Shown in pieces: positions 1 through 12,253 of a stretch of 64,000 nt of DNA. The notes beneath the pieces were generated by a model, which was given only the letters and a program-made list of their open reading frames with translations, was not told where the DNA came from and made no database searches. Numbering within the stretch: the first letter of the stretch is position 1; every line of letters begins with the position of its first letter. Source of the DNA: Lama guanicoe. Taxonomy: Eukaryota. Location: assembly GCA_013239625.1 (NCBI GenBank), contig MU053352.1, positions 45,485-109,484 of the forward strand. Reading direction: 5' to 3'. Made by a program: the position numbers and the translations under genes.

Positions 1-2035
1 GGGTTTCTTACTAGTGGATAATCACCTTGCATCAAGTTCAAAGCTTAAATTTCCCAGAAAACTGCTATGGTTCACACCTGACTGTCAAAAGAGGTGAGTG
101 ACTCTTGCAGGTTGGTTAATTGTTGGTTGTTACAAGATCCCTTGTTTGACTCACCCAGTCCCCACTACACAGTTTTTGGCTTTTATTGAGGTCTCAGCCA
201 TGAGCTATCACATCGTCAGGGGGGAAATGTCCTGTGTTCTGGATTATTCTGTGGGTTCCCTCTTGCCCTAGAGTGTTATTCTGGCAGATCTGATTTTCCT
301 GTGGCTCTCTGAGAGAGTAAACAGATTTTTAGTCCAGTTTTGTCGATTCAGTCAGCAAGGTTCGACATGAAAAGAACATGATTGTAAGTGGAACTCTCAC
401 TCCTTTGCAGAGGGTCTTCCTCCATGTCTGGCCCCGGGAACCCTCATGAAATTTTCCCTAACCTGCCCTGGGCTTTGATATAGTTTAATAAGGGCTACGG
501 ATTTAGTGGGGGTTTGGATTTATAAGGTCTAAGCCATGTTAGTTTTTTTCATATACTGGGACTGGAATGACATACAGTTTGAACCACTCTTAAGTTTACA
601 TAATTATTTTCATTAATTGTGACCTGGAAAATGTGTGTATTCATTCCCGTGAATTTTCAGTCCAATCTCTACTCCTCAAGGTAAATTGATTCTTCCCTGT
701 AAAATATTTGCATGCTTGCCTTACTCCCATTATTGCTGTGGTAGGGTCATGAGGAAGCGGAGGTCTGGGAACACAAGTCTGTCCCCGGGCATACGGTCCC
801 ACTCCACGTAACCCTCCGGGGTATCGCACCCCGTTTGTCGCAGGACAGACTCACATTCTTCCTAGGATGATTCAAGGCCAATAGCTCTTGAGAACATGTA
901 TAGTTTTGGAGGTTGGTGTCTTTGAATTTCCTCTTTAGGATTCATGATGTAGGTTCCAGCTCTAAGCCTTGGACACCACCAGGAACCCTGAAGCTGCACA
1001 GGTGCCTCTCCTGGCTAGATCCTCTGGGTCAGAATTCTCATTGGCATGTTGCAGGTCACACAGGTGTTCCTGGTGTTTAGGTGATGATCAGAATCCCGTC
1101 ACTCCAGGTGCACATGACAGGTGATGCACATTCAATGCCCAGACAACCACCACTGCTGCCCCCAGCCTCTGCCCACTCGCCCGCCCCCACCTGCTCTGTG
1201 CCTCCTCCAGGATTAAGTTCTTCTCTCTGCCTCACCTTGAATTCCGGGAACGAAACATGGGTTCCTGGTCTTCAAAGGTGACATCCTTCATCAGACACAT
1301 CAGGTCACGTGTTACAGGGGAAGGATTATTCCAGATTGTCTGTTCTTTTATCTCTTTCCTACAGTTTCCATTTCTCTGCTAGGACCTCCTACCTCAAGTT
1401 CCATTGCAAGTGAAGACCATGCTAGCAGTGAGAATTCTGATCATTTTGGGAATAATTGTTATCTCAGTGTCGGTGAGTGTTTTGACCTGCAAAGTAGGAA
1501 TATCTATTTATTCTTTAAAAACAAATTCTCTTGCAATGTATTGTCATTTTCAGTGCATAGGACTTTGGATTTTTCTCAAATTTACCCTCGTGTGTTTCAT
1601 GTTGATGATATTATAGGTTTTATTCTTTTCAGCTTAGAAATTGAAGTTTCAGGACTATTCTACAGGATACGATTAACTTCTGTAGGCTGCCTTTGTATCA
1701 CAAAATTCCAGTTGAAACACTCAGGCTGGAAGTCTCGTTTAATGATGCCTCCACCCCGAGTGGGGCCTGGCCTGATTCCACCGCTTTTTCCTCTTCCAGT
1801 GTCTCCAAGGAGAGACTTTTGCTTTTGAACAAGCAATGTTTCCCGAGATCACCTGACTTGGGAAAGAATATACTAGTGATGTAAAAGCTGAACTAAAGAA
1901 AAAGATACAATATTGTCAAATCTTCGAGGAAAATCCGGTACTTGTCTAACATCTGAGAATGGAGGTCACCCCCTGAGCGTGACTTCATCTGAGCCATCGA
2001 CAGCAGGGAGGGCATAAGGCTGGGGTGGGGAGGGA

Positions 2036-2074
2036 AGACTTCGTCTCATTTCCTCCCTGGGCTGTAGCGCTGTG
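2036..2074 (-). other. Degenerate 23-spacer recombination signal sequence
   Basis: Heptamer CACAGCG (2068-2074), 23-nt spacer, nonamer ACGAAGTCT (2036-2044). Confidence 0.8.
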
Positions 2075-2551
2075 TGAGCTTCACTGCTGCCGTCCCAGGC
2101 AGCACAGTGATAGACAGCCTCGTCCTCGGGCTGCAGCCCAGAGATGAGTGGAAGCAGTGCATTGGCCGAGGGATCTTTGGATCCAGAGAAGCCAGTCGGG
2201 ACACTGGAGCCCTGCTGCTTATCGGAGCCTGAGTAGTAGTCCAGGAGGTACCGGGGAGGGCTCCCTGCCTTCTGCTGGTACCAGGATATCCTGTAGCTGC
2301 CAATTGTTCCCACTGCTCAGGGTGCAGGTGAGTCTAGCTGTTGCTAGAGGGCGGCTGAGTCAGCAGAAGCTGGGAGAGGGACCCTGCAAACACAGACACA
2401 AGGGGCAGATGGCGTGGCACCTGCAGGAAACATTCCCAGAGTCTGAGCCACAGGGACTGCTTGCAGGTAGGGACCTGAGACCCTGTCCCCGAGGCCCGTC
2501 CCTACCTGTGCAGTGAGAGAGGATCAGGAGCAGGAGAGGAGTCCAGGCCAT
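2075..2551 (-). pseudogene. IGLV5: IGLV5-subgroup pseudogene (leader exon 2506-2551, V exon 2075-2383)
   Basis: Leader MAWTPLLLLILSHCT, GT-AG intron 2384-2505, V motifs WYQQKAGSPPRYLL and [13 protein letters not shown] ~17-nt FR1 deletion relative to the 9.2 kb paralog gives an early TAG, with a second frameshift in CDR1. Confidence 0.93.
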
Positions 2552-2640
2552 GGTGCTCACAGCCCCCTGGTTCCCACGCTGGGACTGGGCTGCCCTGGGG
2601 CCTCCTTTCTTGCCAGCCTCTGCCAGAGGAGGGGCGGCCC

Positions 2641-2648
2641 ATGCAAAT
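2641..2648 (-). promoter_or_regulatory. Ig promoter octamer ATTTGCAT
   Basis: Exact octamer 90 nt upstream of the leader ATG. Confidence 0.9.
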
Positions 2649-5444
2649 TGGTGTCCCCCCAGGAACTGCCCAGGCCCTCCCTGAGCCCAGGTCCTTTAAC
2701 TCAGCTCACAGCCCAGACTCAGGAGGATGGAGGGGGGCATCCCACTTGGGAGACCCTGGGAGGAAGCACCTGCTGAGACCACAGGGGTCCCTGCTCAGGG
2801 GACTCTGCCAGCCAGAAAAGACTCACTGCTGAGTCCCCACCAGGAGCACAGGCCCTGCCCTCAGGCCCAGCTCCTGGGAGTGAGTGCTCCTCCCTGAGCA
2901 GCTGTGCAGGGACTACAGGGGAGGCCCACAGGGCCCCTTGCTGGTCAAATATGGAAAATGAAAAATAAAAAATGAAAATATCTCACAATTTCTGCTTTTA
3001 ATAAAAGGAAATTAAATACATACTTTCCTTGGAAGATACAACTTGGCTCTATTAGAGGAAATAAGTAAACACATTGATTTCTTAAGAAAAATAGAAATTA
3101 TTATTATAGAATTGCACCATAGGAAAATATAATATATTTTTTTCATGAGGAAGACCTTAAAAACCTTCTCAGATAAAATGGTTCCAAACAAATGGCTTTG
3201 TATATTTTTTATAAAATATTTAACAAGACGTAAAACTTCCTAGTTCTTTGAGAAAGCAGTTAAAGCAGTTACAAATACAGCTGATAAATAAGGTATTAAA
3301 GAGGGGAAACTACAAACCACTGTCATTAGTTATTGATACAAATATTCTAAACGAGGTACTAACAGTGAAATTCCACTTCCAAATTAATAAAGTAATAGTG
3401 TTACCAGTTGTCAGTTTTCCAATGTTCAACTTGTGTTTCATATTACGACATTTTAAATTTAAATTCGACATCCATAATAGCAAAAACCACATTAAAAATA
3501 GAAGCAGACACATTAGTAATATGCTAACACACTCTTCTTTCACACACACGACTTCACACAAGTTCCACGAGGAGGACTCTGCTCACGAGCTGTGTCTCCT
3601 CTGGACAGACTCGCCCAGGAGCCCACATCCTCCTTGAAACACACGATAACACCTCACCTCCTAACAGCCCCTCTCTGACCTGCACTTGGCAAAAAGTCCG
3701 TGGAGGACGGGGAGGAGGTGACCCTGATCTGCACCATATGCTGAGGGAGCAGGACCAGGAGCTCCCGGGTGATGGGGCCTCACAGGGAGGATGGTCACAT
3801 GTCAGTGAGGACAGCTTGCCCAGCTCCCCCGGAGTCTGAGTGGTTGACCAGCTGTCTGCCGCAACACCTGCTCTGGGACTCTGCATTGTGTCGCCTGCCG
3901 ACCACAGGGCCACCTCCTCCAGCCCCTGGGATGTCCCCTGCCCCCATGCAGAGTGTTCCTTTTTATAGTAGTCTTTCTCATGTGACCCAGGAGAGTGGGG
4001 AAATGGCCTTCCTGGTTCCTGGGTCCGCCTTACTCGTATCTGCTGCACTGTGCTGGTATCTTCCTTTACGTGGGGTCACCCTTGTTGATCTAGTAGAGTT
4101 TCTTTGTTTCTCCTGCTAGACTTTGTCCTGACACTTACCGAGCCCATCCTAACACCTGCTCCCAGCATAGCCTTCCAGTCCCCACAGGACATGATGGGGT
4201 CAGTGTGGACTCATCGCCTGGACCCTGACCGACAGTACCTCAGACACCCTGCCCTGAGGCCTAGGTCCAGTCTGGAGCCGAGTCTCTGCCGTCTCAGCGT
4301 GTCACGTCCTGTCTGTCCTTTTCCTCATCAAGACCTGACAGGTGCAGCCAAGTGGGTGTGATCAGTCCTGGCTGCAGAAAGGAACCTTCTGGGGAGATGT
4401 CAACATAAGGAGGTGATCAGCTCGTCCCGGAAGTGCCCGCCAGTCGATCAGGAGGAGACGTTGTGATCCTGGGCTTTCCAAAGCCGTGGGATCTAGCATG
4501 TGGGAAGCGCTGAGAACACATGTCCCAGCTTCTTCCTTCCAGTCTGCTCTTCCAGTTCCTTGACGTTTAACAGCAGAAGGTAAATGTGCCATTGAATGTG
4601 AGATGAGCGCCCCCTTGAGACACACTTCTGGGATAACTGACACTCGGTCATCTATCGAGAGCCAGTCTTTTTCTTGATGGTCTCTGATCTCAATAATCCT
4701 GCATTAGCAGGATGTGGTCATCATGTCATCTCAGAGAACTGAAGCTCAGCCCCGCCCCACGCGGTTCCTAAACCCCAGTTCGGTTCCACTTTCCTGACAC
4801 CTTTCTATACTTACTCCTTCCTCCGAAACTCGTGGCATCTGACTATGCGCCTTCCCCTCACCTGCTCACCCGTCATCCCTGACACCGCAGTCTGACCATT
4901 GTGTCCAATCCACACCCCCACATGGTCCCTATCCTCACTCTAACCTCCTCCTCCCTCATCTTCTGTGCGGAACCCACACAACATCACCTTCTGTTTCTTC
5001 CCCATCTAAGGGCTCCCACGTCCACCTGCCAAGCCCACCTCTTCCTCCTCAGTCACATGTGATGTATTGACAAGGACACAGGCTGCCCTGTGTCCTTCAA
5101 GCTGTATCCAAGAGGAGCCTCCCGGATACCTGCTATGTGTTCACTCAAGGGTGTGGATGGACGGACCTCCGTCCATCCACATCTGGGCTTCGTATCTCTG
5201 ATTCTGACCCAACGTGGGCTCGGTTCCCAGCACAGCCACCCAGGGCTATCCAGGAAGCCCTGTTCACTTTGAGAACAGCAGTCAAGTTTCTGCTGACAAG
5301 GACTGGGTTTAGGGGCAGAATTTGAGAAGTCAGGACACATTCTCTAGACGAAGTCCCATAGGGTTGGTCTAAGACCCACATTTCAGACAAAACAGAGAAA
5401 GGACACAGCTGTCTTGGCTGAGCAGCGAGGGCTGAAGGACAGCA

Positions 5445-5483
5445 GGTTTTTGTCTCACTTCCCCCCCATCCTGGAGCACTGTG
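5445..5483 (-). other. Canonical 23-RSS
   Basis: CACAGTG (5477-5483) + 23 nt + ACAAAAACC (5445-5453). Confidence 0.97.
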
Positions 5484-5948
5484 CGACCACTGAGGCTGTT
5501 GTCATAACATTCACAGTAATAGTCAGCCTCGTCCTCAGCCTGGAGCCCAGTGATGGTCAGGGAGGCCGAGCTGCCAGACTTGGAGCCAGAGAAGCGGTCT
5601 GGGACCCCCGAAGCTTGATTGCTGTTACCATAGATGAGCAGTTTGGGGGGTGTTCCTGGGAGCTGTTGGAACCACTGAACACTATAACCACCCCCGATGT
5701 TGCTGCTGCTTCCAGTGCAGGAGATGGTGACCTTCTGGCCCGGGGATCCAGACACGGAGGGCAGCTGAGTCAGCACAGACTGGGCCCAGGACCCTGCAAG
5801 TGGGAGAGACAGAAATGCTGATTCTGGGGCCCAGACACAAGAGGAGGACCCAGAGTCCAGGCGTCCTCCCAGGGCCCCTTCCCCTGGCCCTCATCCAGTC
5901 ACCTGTGCAGTGAGCGAGCAGGGTGAGGAGGAGAGGGGACCAGGCCAT
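5484..5948 (-). CDS. IGLV1: Apparently functional IGLV1-subgroup gene, IGLV1-40-like (leader 5903-5948, V exon 5484-5793)
   Basis: [16 protein letters not shown] spliced via GT-AG to [103 protein letters not shown]. Cys23, Trp41 and Cys104 intact, no stops. Confidence 0.95.
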
Positions 5949-6052
5949 GGTGGGGATGGTCACCGGGTCCTGCCTTCTGTGGCCCCACAGCTGAGCAGAG
6001 CATCCCCAGGTCTCTCCCCTTCTTCATACTCTGAGAGAGGGAGGGGCCAGTC

Positions 6053-6060
6053 ATGCAAAT
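6053..6060 (-). promoter_or_regulatory. Ig promoter octamer ATTTGCAT
   Basis: Exact octamer ~105 nt upstream of the ATG. Confidence 0.9.
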
Positions 6061-6993
6061 GATTCCCCAGCTCTCTGATGCCTCCCTGGGCCCGGGGTCC
6101 TCTCCCTCTGCCTGAGGGGGCAGGGAATGGGCTGGGATGGGGCTGTGTGGGGCCTGAAGGTGGGGGTGTCCCAGCTGGGATACCTGAGCAGAGGACACCA
6201 GGCAGGCCCGGGTGGTCGTCCCAGCTTCTATCGTCTAACGATATGTATCTGACACCTGAGCCCGGCACATAGCAGGTGTCCAGTAAATGGTGCTCACAGA
6301 TCGGCTTCTGAATAGTCAGCAGCCATCCTGATTGAGACCTGGGATCTGCGTGTGTCCCTAGTTCTGCTCTCACCCATCATGGAATCTCCCAGGGCAACGT
6401 GCCTCTGACATCCAGGAAACCCTTCTGGATGGGGGACAATCAGCTAATGTGTTGTTTCCAGGACAGGCTTTAGGGACACAAATTGAGATGCTGGGGCAAC
6501 ACGTTCTTGATCTTGTTCCCAGGAGTGGGTGTGTGATCCTCGATTTTGGTCACATAAACCAGCCAATGCCAGACGCCTGTAAGGTCGCTGTCCAAGTGTG
6601 CAGGTGTGAACAGAAAATTTTCAATGGTAGCTTTGCCCAGAACCCTGCCTTCTCAGGACCTGTGCAACAGTGCCCCCTACTGCTCTCTGATCCTGGGCTC
6701 CCCAGCACTTCTGTCACCACCCTGCACTCCTGGAGGGCACCCTAGTTTTGGACGTACATCTTTGTCATCTTACTCCCCACACAAGTAGACAGAGGAGGCT
6801 CCTCCACTGGGTTGGGGACTGAGACATTAACTTTCTAGATGATTTCTAGACAATGGATGCCCTCCAGGTGTTAAAGTGGGGTGTATTGCACAGTCCTTCT
6901 CTTGCACGTGTTTCAGGATCACCTGGCATCTTCTTTGATCCTTCCATGTGCCTGGGTCATTAAAAATACAGGGTCATCCGGAACCACGTTCAA

Positions 6994-7120
6994 GGGGGAG
7001 GGTATAGCTCAGTGGTAGAGTGTGTGCTTAGTGTGCACGACATCATGGGTTCAATCCTTGTTACCTCCACTGAAAATAAGTAAATAACCTAATTACTTCC
7101 AAAGAAAAACTTTTAAAAAT
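6994..7120 (+). mobile_element. tRNA-derived SINE (camelid Vic-1-like)
   Basis: GGGGGAGGGTATAGCTCAGTGG A-box head, GGTTCAATCC B-box and A-rich tail. Same family at 30.8, 32.0 and 62.2 kb. Confidence 0.85.
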
Positions 7121-8890
7121 AACTGAAATAATCCAAGTTCATAATGTAACAGTCTACAGTGTACCCTCCTTGTTCATATTGACAAAAATTCCATACGTGT
7201 TACCCTGACAGGGGACACTTAATTGTTGGTGGTGGTGGTGTTCTTTGGGACACCTGTTAGATCCCCACTCCCAAAGCCCAATTATGGGCATCTGATGGCT
7301 CTCTTGTTCCCTAGAACTCAACTAGTGAAGACACAGTGTCCTCCCTCCTGCTCATCTTAGCCTCCATTGGCCTTTAATTGCTCAGCTCAGGATTCATTCT
7401 TTCCTCTTCTCAGTCAGAGGGTGTTCTTTTTTTTTCCGTTTTGGTCTAATTTTGTAATTGTTCAGTTTAAGGATTGACGGTGAGTCGTTGTTATAATAAT
7501 CTGTAATTAATGACTTAATCAGTTAATTACTTGGAGGTGCTTCCTCAACTTCTGACCCTAGTGGCCTCCACAGCTGTTACCCATCCCCCAGGGAATCTTA
7601 CATTTATTCAGTAAAGTCCTCCATAGACTGGCATTGAAGACAGAAGAAAAGGTTCTAGAAAGTTTCCTGTAATGTTGAGGGTCTGTGTGATAATGAGGGT
7701 TGGATCATAGGCTCCAGACTCCAATGAACAGAGATCCACTCAAATAACCTCCCAATAAAAGCAAAACAAAACAGAAACCAGAGTGGGAGACAATTAGACT
7801 AATGGAGGTAAACTCGGGAGAGTAGCTGGTCGTCCATGGGAAGGGAGGGTCTCCTGCACCTTGGCGTCCAGGAGCTCCTCCCACCTGCACAGGGATTCTG
7901 CTTCGTGAAGGTCTCAGAGCCCAGGGCTCATCAGCAGAGCCTCGGCCAGGCTCATGGGACATGTGGGGACCGGTCAGAGCAGGACCTGGTGCCCTGGGTC
8001 CCACGGGCTGGACTTGTCTTCTCCTTGTCCTCCCCAGCCAGCATGATGGGGGGCTACTCTAGATACTGGAAAACGAATAATTTGTCACTGGAAAACCAGT
8101 AAGAGAGGAGGTTATTTTCAACCCATTCGGGATCACGCTGACTCCAGAGCATCAGTCTCTCTGGTTCTTGTTGCTGAAGTGACGGCAGAATCCAAAACCA
8201 CAGCGGGCGTTGCCCACAGTGGGGGCAGGGCCTGAGGGGTCACACTGGGGAGGGTGGGGGGCAGATGCCCATCTCCCGTCTTGGGGACTGGAGTCCCAGC
8301 CCATTCAGGTTGTGCTCAGCTGTGTGACAGTGGTCATCACCCTCCCACTCAGGAGGAGCCCTGCGGGGGTCAAGAAGGCTCTGTTGTTGGACCAAGTCTG
8401 GAGGATTTTATTTTTCAGATTTATCCTTACCTATTTCTTAGTTTGAAGCCATTAATTGGTATTTTTACATTTTATTGTCAATTTCTGATGGTTTATTGCC
8501 AGTATGTATTTTATCGCTCACTTCTGCATGTTGATTTTGGATCTCATATCTCAGATTGAAGTTCTTAGACAAGAAGCATCCTGGGGTCTCGCTTAGACAC
8601 TTAGGGGGGAGGATCCAGAACCCACCACATTCTGCCACTTATAACATCTCCACGGGGAGGTTTTTATCTCAGAGCAGGTATTGTCTGCCTGTGGAAACAC
8701 GAACAGGCCGAGATACAACAGGAACGGTCAGTCTCAGATGTGAGAAGAGGAAGAGGCTGTCACAGGGCCAGATTTGCTGTTCAGAGGAAACTCAGATGCT
8801 GCCTGAAGATGTGACAACAGAAAGTCACCCTGAGTGCGACCTGGTCCCAGGAAGAGCAGCAGTGACGCCCAGCGGGGAGAGCACAGGGGA

Positions 8891-8929
8891 GGTTTTAGTC
8901 TCACGTCCCTGTGGGTCTGGGGCACTGTG
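8891..8929 (-). other. 23-RSS
   Basis: CACAGTG (8923-8929) + 23 nt + ACTAAAACC. Confidence 0.92.
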
Positions 8930-9424
8930 TGACCATTACTGCTGCTGGACACTGCAGAACAGTAATAGTCAGCCTCGTCCTCAGGCTGCAGCCCAGAGAT
9001 GAGCAGAAGCCCTGCATTGGCCGAGGCGTCTTTGGATCCAGAGAAGCAGCTCGGAACCCCAGAGCCCTGGCGCTTAATTGCGCCTGAGTAGTAGCTCAAG
9101 AGATACCAGGGAGGGCTCCCTGCCTTCTGCTGGTACCAGCTTATAATACAGCTGCCAGCACTGTTCCCATTGCTCAGGGTGCAGGTGAGTCTGGTTGATG
9201 CACCCGGAGACTCAGCAAGAAAGGGCAGCTGAGTCAGCACAGGCTGGGAGAGGGACCCTGCAAACACAGGCACATGGGGCAGATGGGGCGAGACCTGCAG
9301 GAAGCATTCCCAGAGCCTGAGCCACAGGGGCTGCTGCAGGAGGGGAACTGAGATCCAGTTCCCGAGGCCTGTCCCTACCTGTGCAGTGAGAGAGGATCAG
9401 GAGCAGGAGAGGAGTCCAGGACGT
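8930..9424 (-). pseudogene. IGLV5: IGLV5-subgroup gene with open V exon but lost start codon (ATG>ACG); leader 9379-9424, V exon 8930-9257
   Basis: The leader reads ACG TCC TGG ACT where the paralog has ATG GCC TGG ACT. The V exon QPVLTQLPFLAESPGASTRLTC...WYQQKAGSPP...EADYYCSAVSSSSNG is uninterrupted. Confidence 0.9.
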
Positions 9425-9513
9425 GGTGCTCACAGCCCCCTGGTCCCCACAGTGGGGCTGGGCTGCCCGGTGCCTCCTTTTCTTGCCAGCCTCTGTCAGA
9501 GGAGAGGCGGCCC

Positions 9514-9521
9514 ATGCAAAT
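9514..9521 (-). promoter_or_regulatory. Ig promoter octamer ATTTGCAT
   Basis: Exact octamer 90 nt upstream of the mutated start codon. Confidence 0.88.
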
Positions 9522-10764
9522 GGGTGTCCCCCCAGGGACCCCCCAGGCCCTTCCTGAGCCCTGGTACTGGAGCTCAGCTCACAGCCCAGGCTCGGGGGTT
9601 GGAGGATGGCCTCCCCCTTGGGAGACCCTGGGAGGAGGCACCTGCTGAGACCACAGGGGTCCCTGCTCAGGGGACTCTGCCAGCCAGAGGGGACACACTG
9701 CTGAGTCCCCATCAGGAACACAGGGCTTGCCCCCAGCCCAGCTCCTGGGAGTGAGTGCTCCTCCCCGAGCAGCTGTGTGGGGACCACAGGGCAGCCCCAC
9801 AGCACCCTCTACTGGTCACAGGGCACAACCTCACCGAGGACCAGAGACCTGAGGTCCCTGCTGGTTGGGCAGTTCACCTGGTCCGTGTCTCCATTCATCT
9901 GTCCATGGTCGGCTTCCCATATTCTGTGATTCCCACAGAACATACGTTGATTTTGTTGTTGTTGTTGCTCTGTTTGGTTTCTTCAACAACCTCTAACTCT
10001 TTAAATTATTTTTGTTTTTAATATGTGTCACTATCTAGTCATATATATCCCCCTTCACTTTTGCTCATTTGCAAAATGTTCTAGGCTATTCCTGAACTTA
10101 AATTTTTCCACACAAATAGTAGAAAAGAGGTCATATACCCCAAAATTCTGTCAGGCATTTTTTTTAAAAAAGAAATTCAAAATATTGGTAAATTAAATAA
10201 GCATAATATTCAGATTTTAAAATTTTAATCCCTTCTGTGCATCAACGGATCTCTTTCTGCATGTATGCAGGTCCTTTTATGGAACATTTACTTTTCCTGG
10301 CGTGTCCGTGTGGGCTGACGATGGCCCTGCATGCCAGGGAGACGGAGCAGACACCAGAGTGCATGCAAGTCCTAGTCCCAGCAAACGGGCCTCTGCTGAG
10401 GCATCACAGGACGCCTGCTGGGCCGGTGTTTTCCAGAAGTGATGACTAGGAGAGCCATGTCAGAGGGCAGGCTCCAGAACAGTCCTGTGAAAGGTGTGAG
10501 CCTGAGGCTGCAGTCCCACCACAGGCACGTCCACAGGACGTCCCCATCTCATGGTCCTCACCTGGGAGGTGCCCTCCCACCGCCCATCCCCTTGTCTCTG
10601 GCTGCATTCTGTCCCTGAGCAAGGGCTTTCTCCTGAGTCCAGGTGAACAGGCTGAGTGTGACTTCAGCAGTGACTCAATCTAAAGTTTTCTAAAGTCAGG
10701 GATCCATGGGTGGGGTGGGGGTGGAGTGTCTCAGAGCCTCAGACAGGGCGTGCAAAGGGGCTCA

Positions 10765-11515
10765 GCACCAGGGAAATGCAAGTCAAAACTGCACAGACGT
10801 GTTTCCTCACCCAGCCCAGAAGGGCTGTAAGAAAGAGACCATCACAGTTGCTGTTGAAGATGGAGGGGAATCAGAGCCCTCGTACATTGTATGGAAACTG
10901 GTGCTGCCGTGGTGGAAAACATCTGACAGTCCCTCAAATGAGGCAATAAAATGTCACCACATGACTCAGCAATTCCACCCCTAGGTGTCTGCCCAAGAGA
11001 AATGCAAACGTACTTCGACCAAGAACAAAACAAAACCTAACTGCTTGCACACAAATGTTGCTGGCAGCATTCTGCATCACAGCCCAAAGAAGAAAAACAA
11101 CTCAGACATCCCTGAAGGGTAAACAAGCAGCAGTCGGCTCACAGAATGGAGTATTATGTTGCAATAAAAAACGGATAGCGACCCACGTGGATGGAATGCC
11201 GAAGTGTTATGCCAAAGAATTCAGTGAAATAAGACAGTCAGAAAGGACACCTAATTTCTGGTCCCATCTATATGAAACGTCCAGAATGGGCAAACCTACA
11301 AAGGCAGAAAGTGGATCAGTGAGGGGTTCCCTAGGACTGAGCAGAGGTGCAATCACTAATGGGTGGGGAGCCTGTCTTAAGCATGTGGATATGTTCTAAA
11401 GTTAGTATATGGTGAGAATTACACAACTCTGTAACTAGACTAAACAGCCTTGTGTTGTGCACGTTACATCAGTGAATGGGGTGGCATGCACAGTGTATCT
11501 CAATGAAGCTGTGAT
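10765..11515 (+). mobile_element. Old LINE-1 3' end (L1MB-like)
   Basis: Decayed ORF2 C-terminus (REMQVKT, CAGCAATTCCAC) and an L1M-type 3' UTR. Boundaries approximate. Confidence 0.75.
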
Positions 11516-11646
11516 GAAACATAGCATGAGAGAGGGCGTCAGCACTAGACGGTCAGGCTCTGAGCCCTGGACACTGTGAGATGGGCCACGACCACCACCT
11601 GTATTTGACACAAGTGTCACAGGGGTGGTCACGGGGAGCAGGGGTG

Positions 11647-11685
11647 GATTTTTGTCTCAGTTCCCCGAGGGTCTGAATCACTGTG
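11647..11685 (-). other. 23-RSS
   Basis: CACAGTG (11679-11685) + 23 nt + ACAAAAATC. Confidence 0.92.
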
Positions 11686-12157
11686 TCACCACTGGTGCTT
11701 GAGTCCAATGTTGAACCATAATGCTCAGCCTCATCCTCAGGCTGGAAGTCTGAGATGGCCAGAGAGGCCATATTGCCAGACTTGGAGCCCGAGAACCGGT
11801 CTGGGATCCCTGAGGGCCAAGAACTTCTGAGCATCAGTTTGGGGGTGTGCCGTGAGCTATGTTGGTACCAGCCCATAGGATTAGCTCCAACATTGTTGCT
11901 GTTTCAGGTACAGGACAGGGTGATCTTCTGTCCCACAGCCCCTGACACGGAGGCTTCCTGTGTCAGCCCAGACTGTGCCCAGGACCCTGGAACAGAGGAG
12001 TGGTGACTGGGAGGTGAGTCTGGCTGTCGTCCACAGCATGTTCTCAACGAGGGCAGAAAAAGAGGCCTCTGTGTCCCCAAATCACTTCTCCCGCTTTCCA
12101 CAGCCTCTCACCTGAGCAGTGAGCGAGGGAGCCAAGGAGGAGAGGGGTCGAGGCCAT
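11686..12157 (-). pseudogene. Clan-I IGLV pseudogene (QSGLTQEASVSG type); leader 12112-12157, V exon 11686-11986
   Basis: Leader MASTPLLLGSLAHCSG. In-frame TGA at 11904-11906, second Cys replaced (AEHYG), shortened FR2/CDR2. Confidence 0.9.
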
Positions 12158-12253
12158 GGTGGAGACGCCCCAGCTCTGCTGCTCAGCTCACAGGTGACAA
12201 ACACACAGAATCTCTTGTATCTCCTCCCTCATGTGAGAGCAGAGGAACCCTTC

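Noticed and set aside
6994..7070. tRNA gene
   Set aside because: The A/B boxes belong to a repeated, diverged SINE with an A-rich tail, present in four copies in the window.
7700..8420. GC-rich stretch with several short ORFs, possibly a V relic or other gene
   Set aside because: No Ig framework motif, RSS, octamer or recognisable protein similarity.
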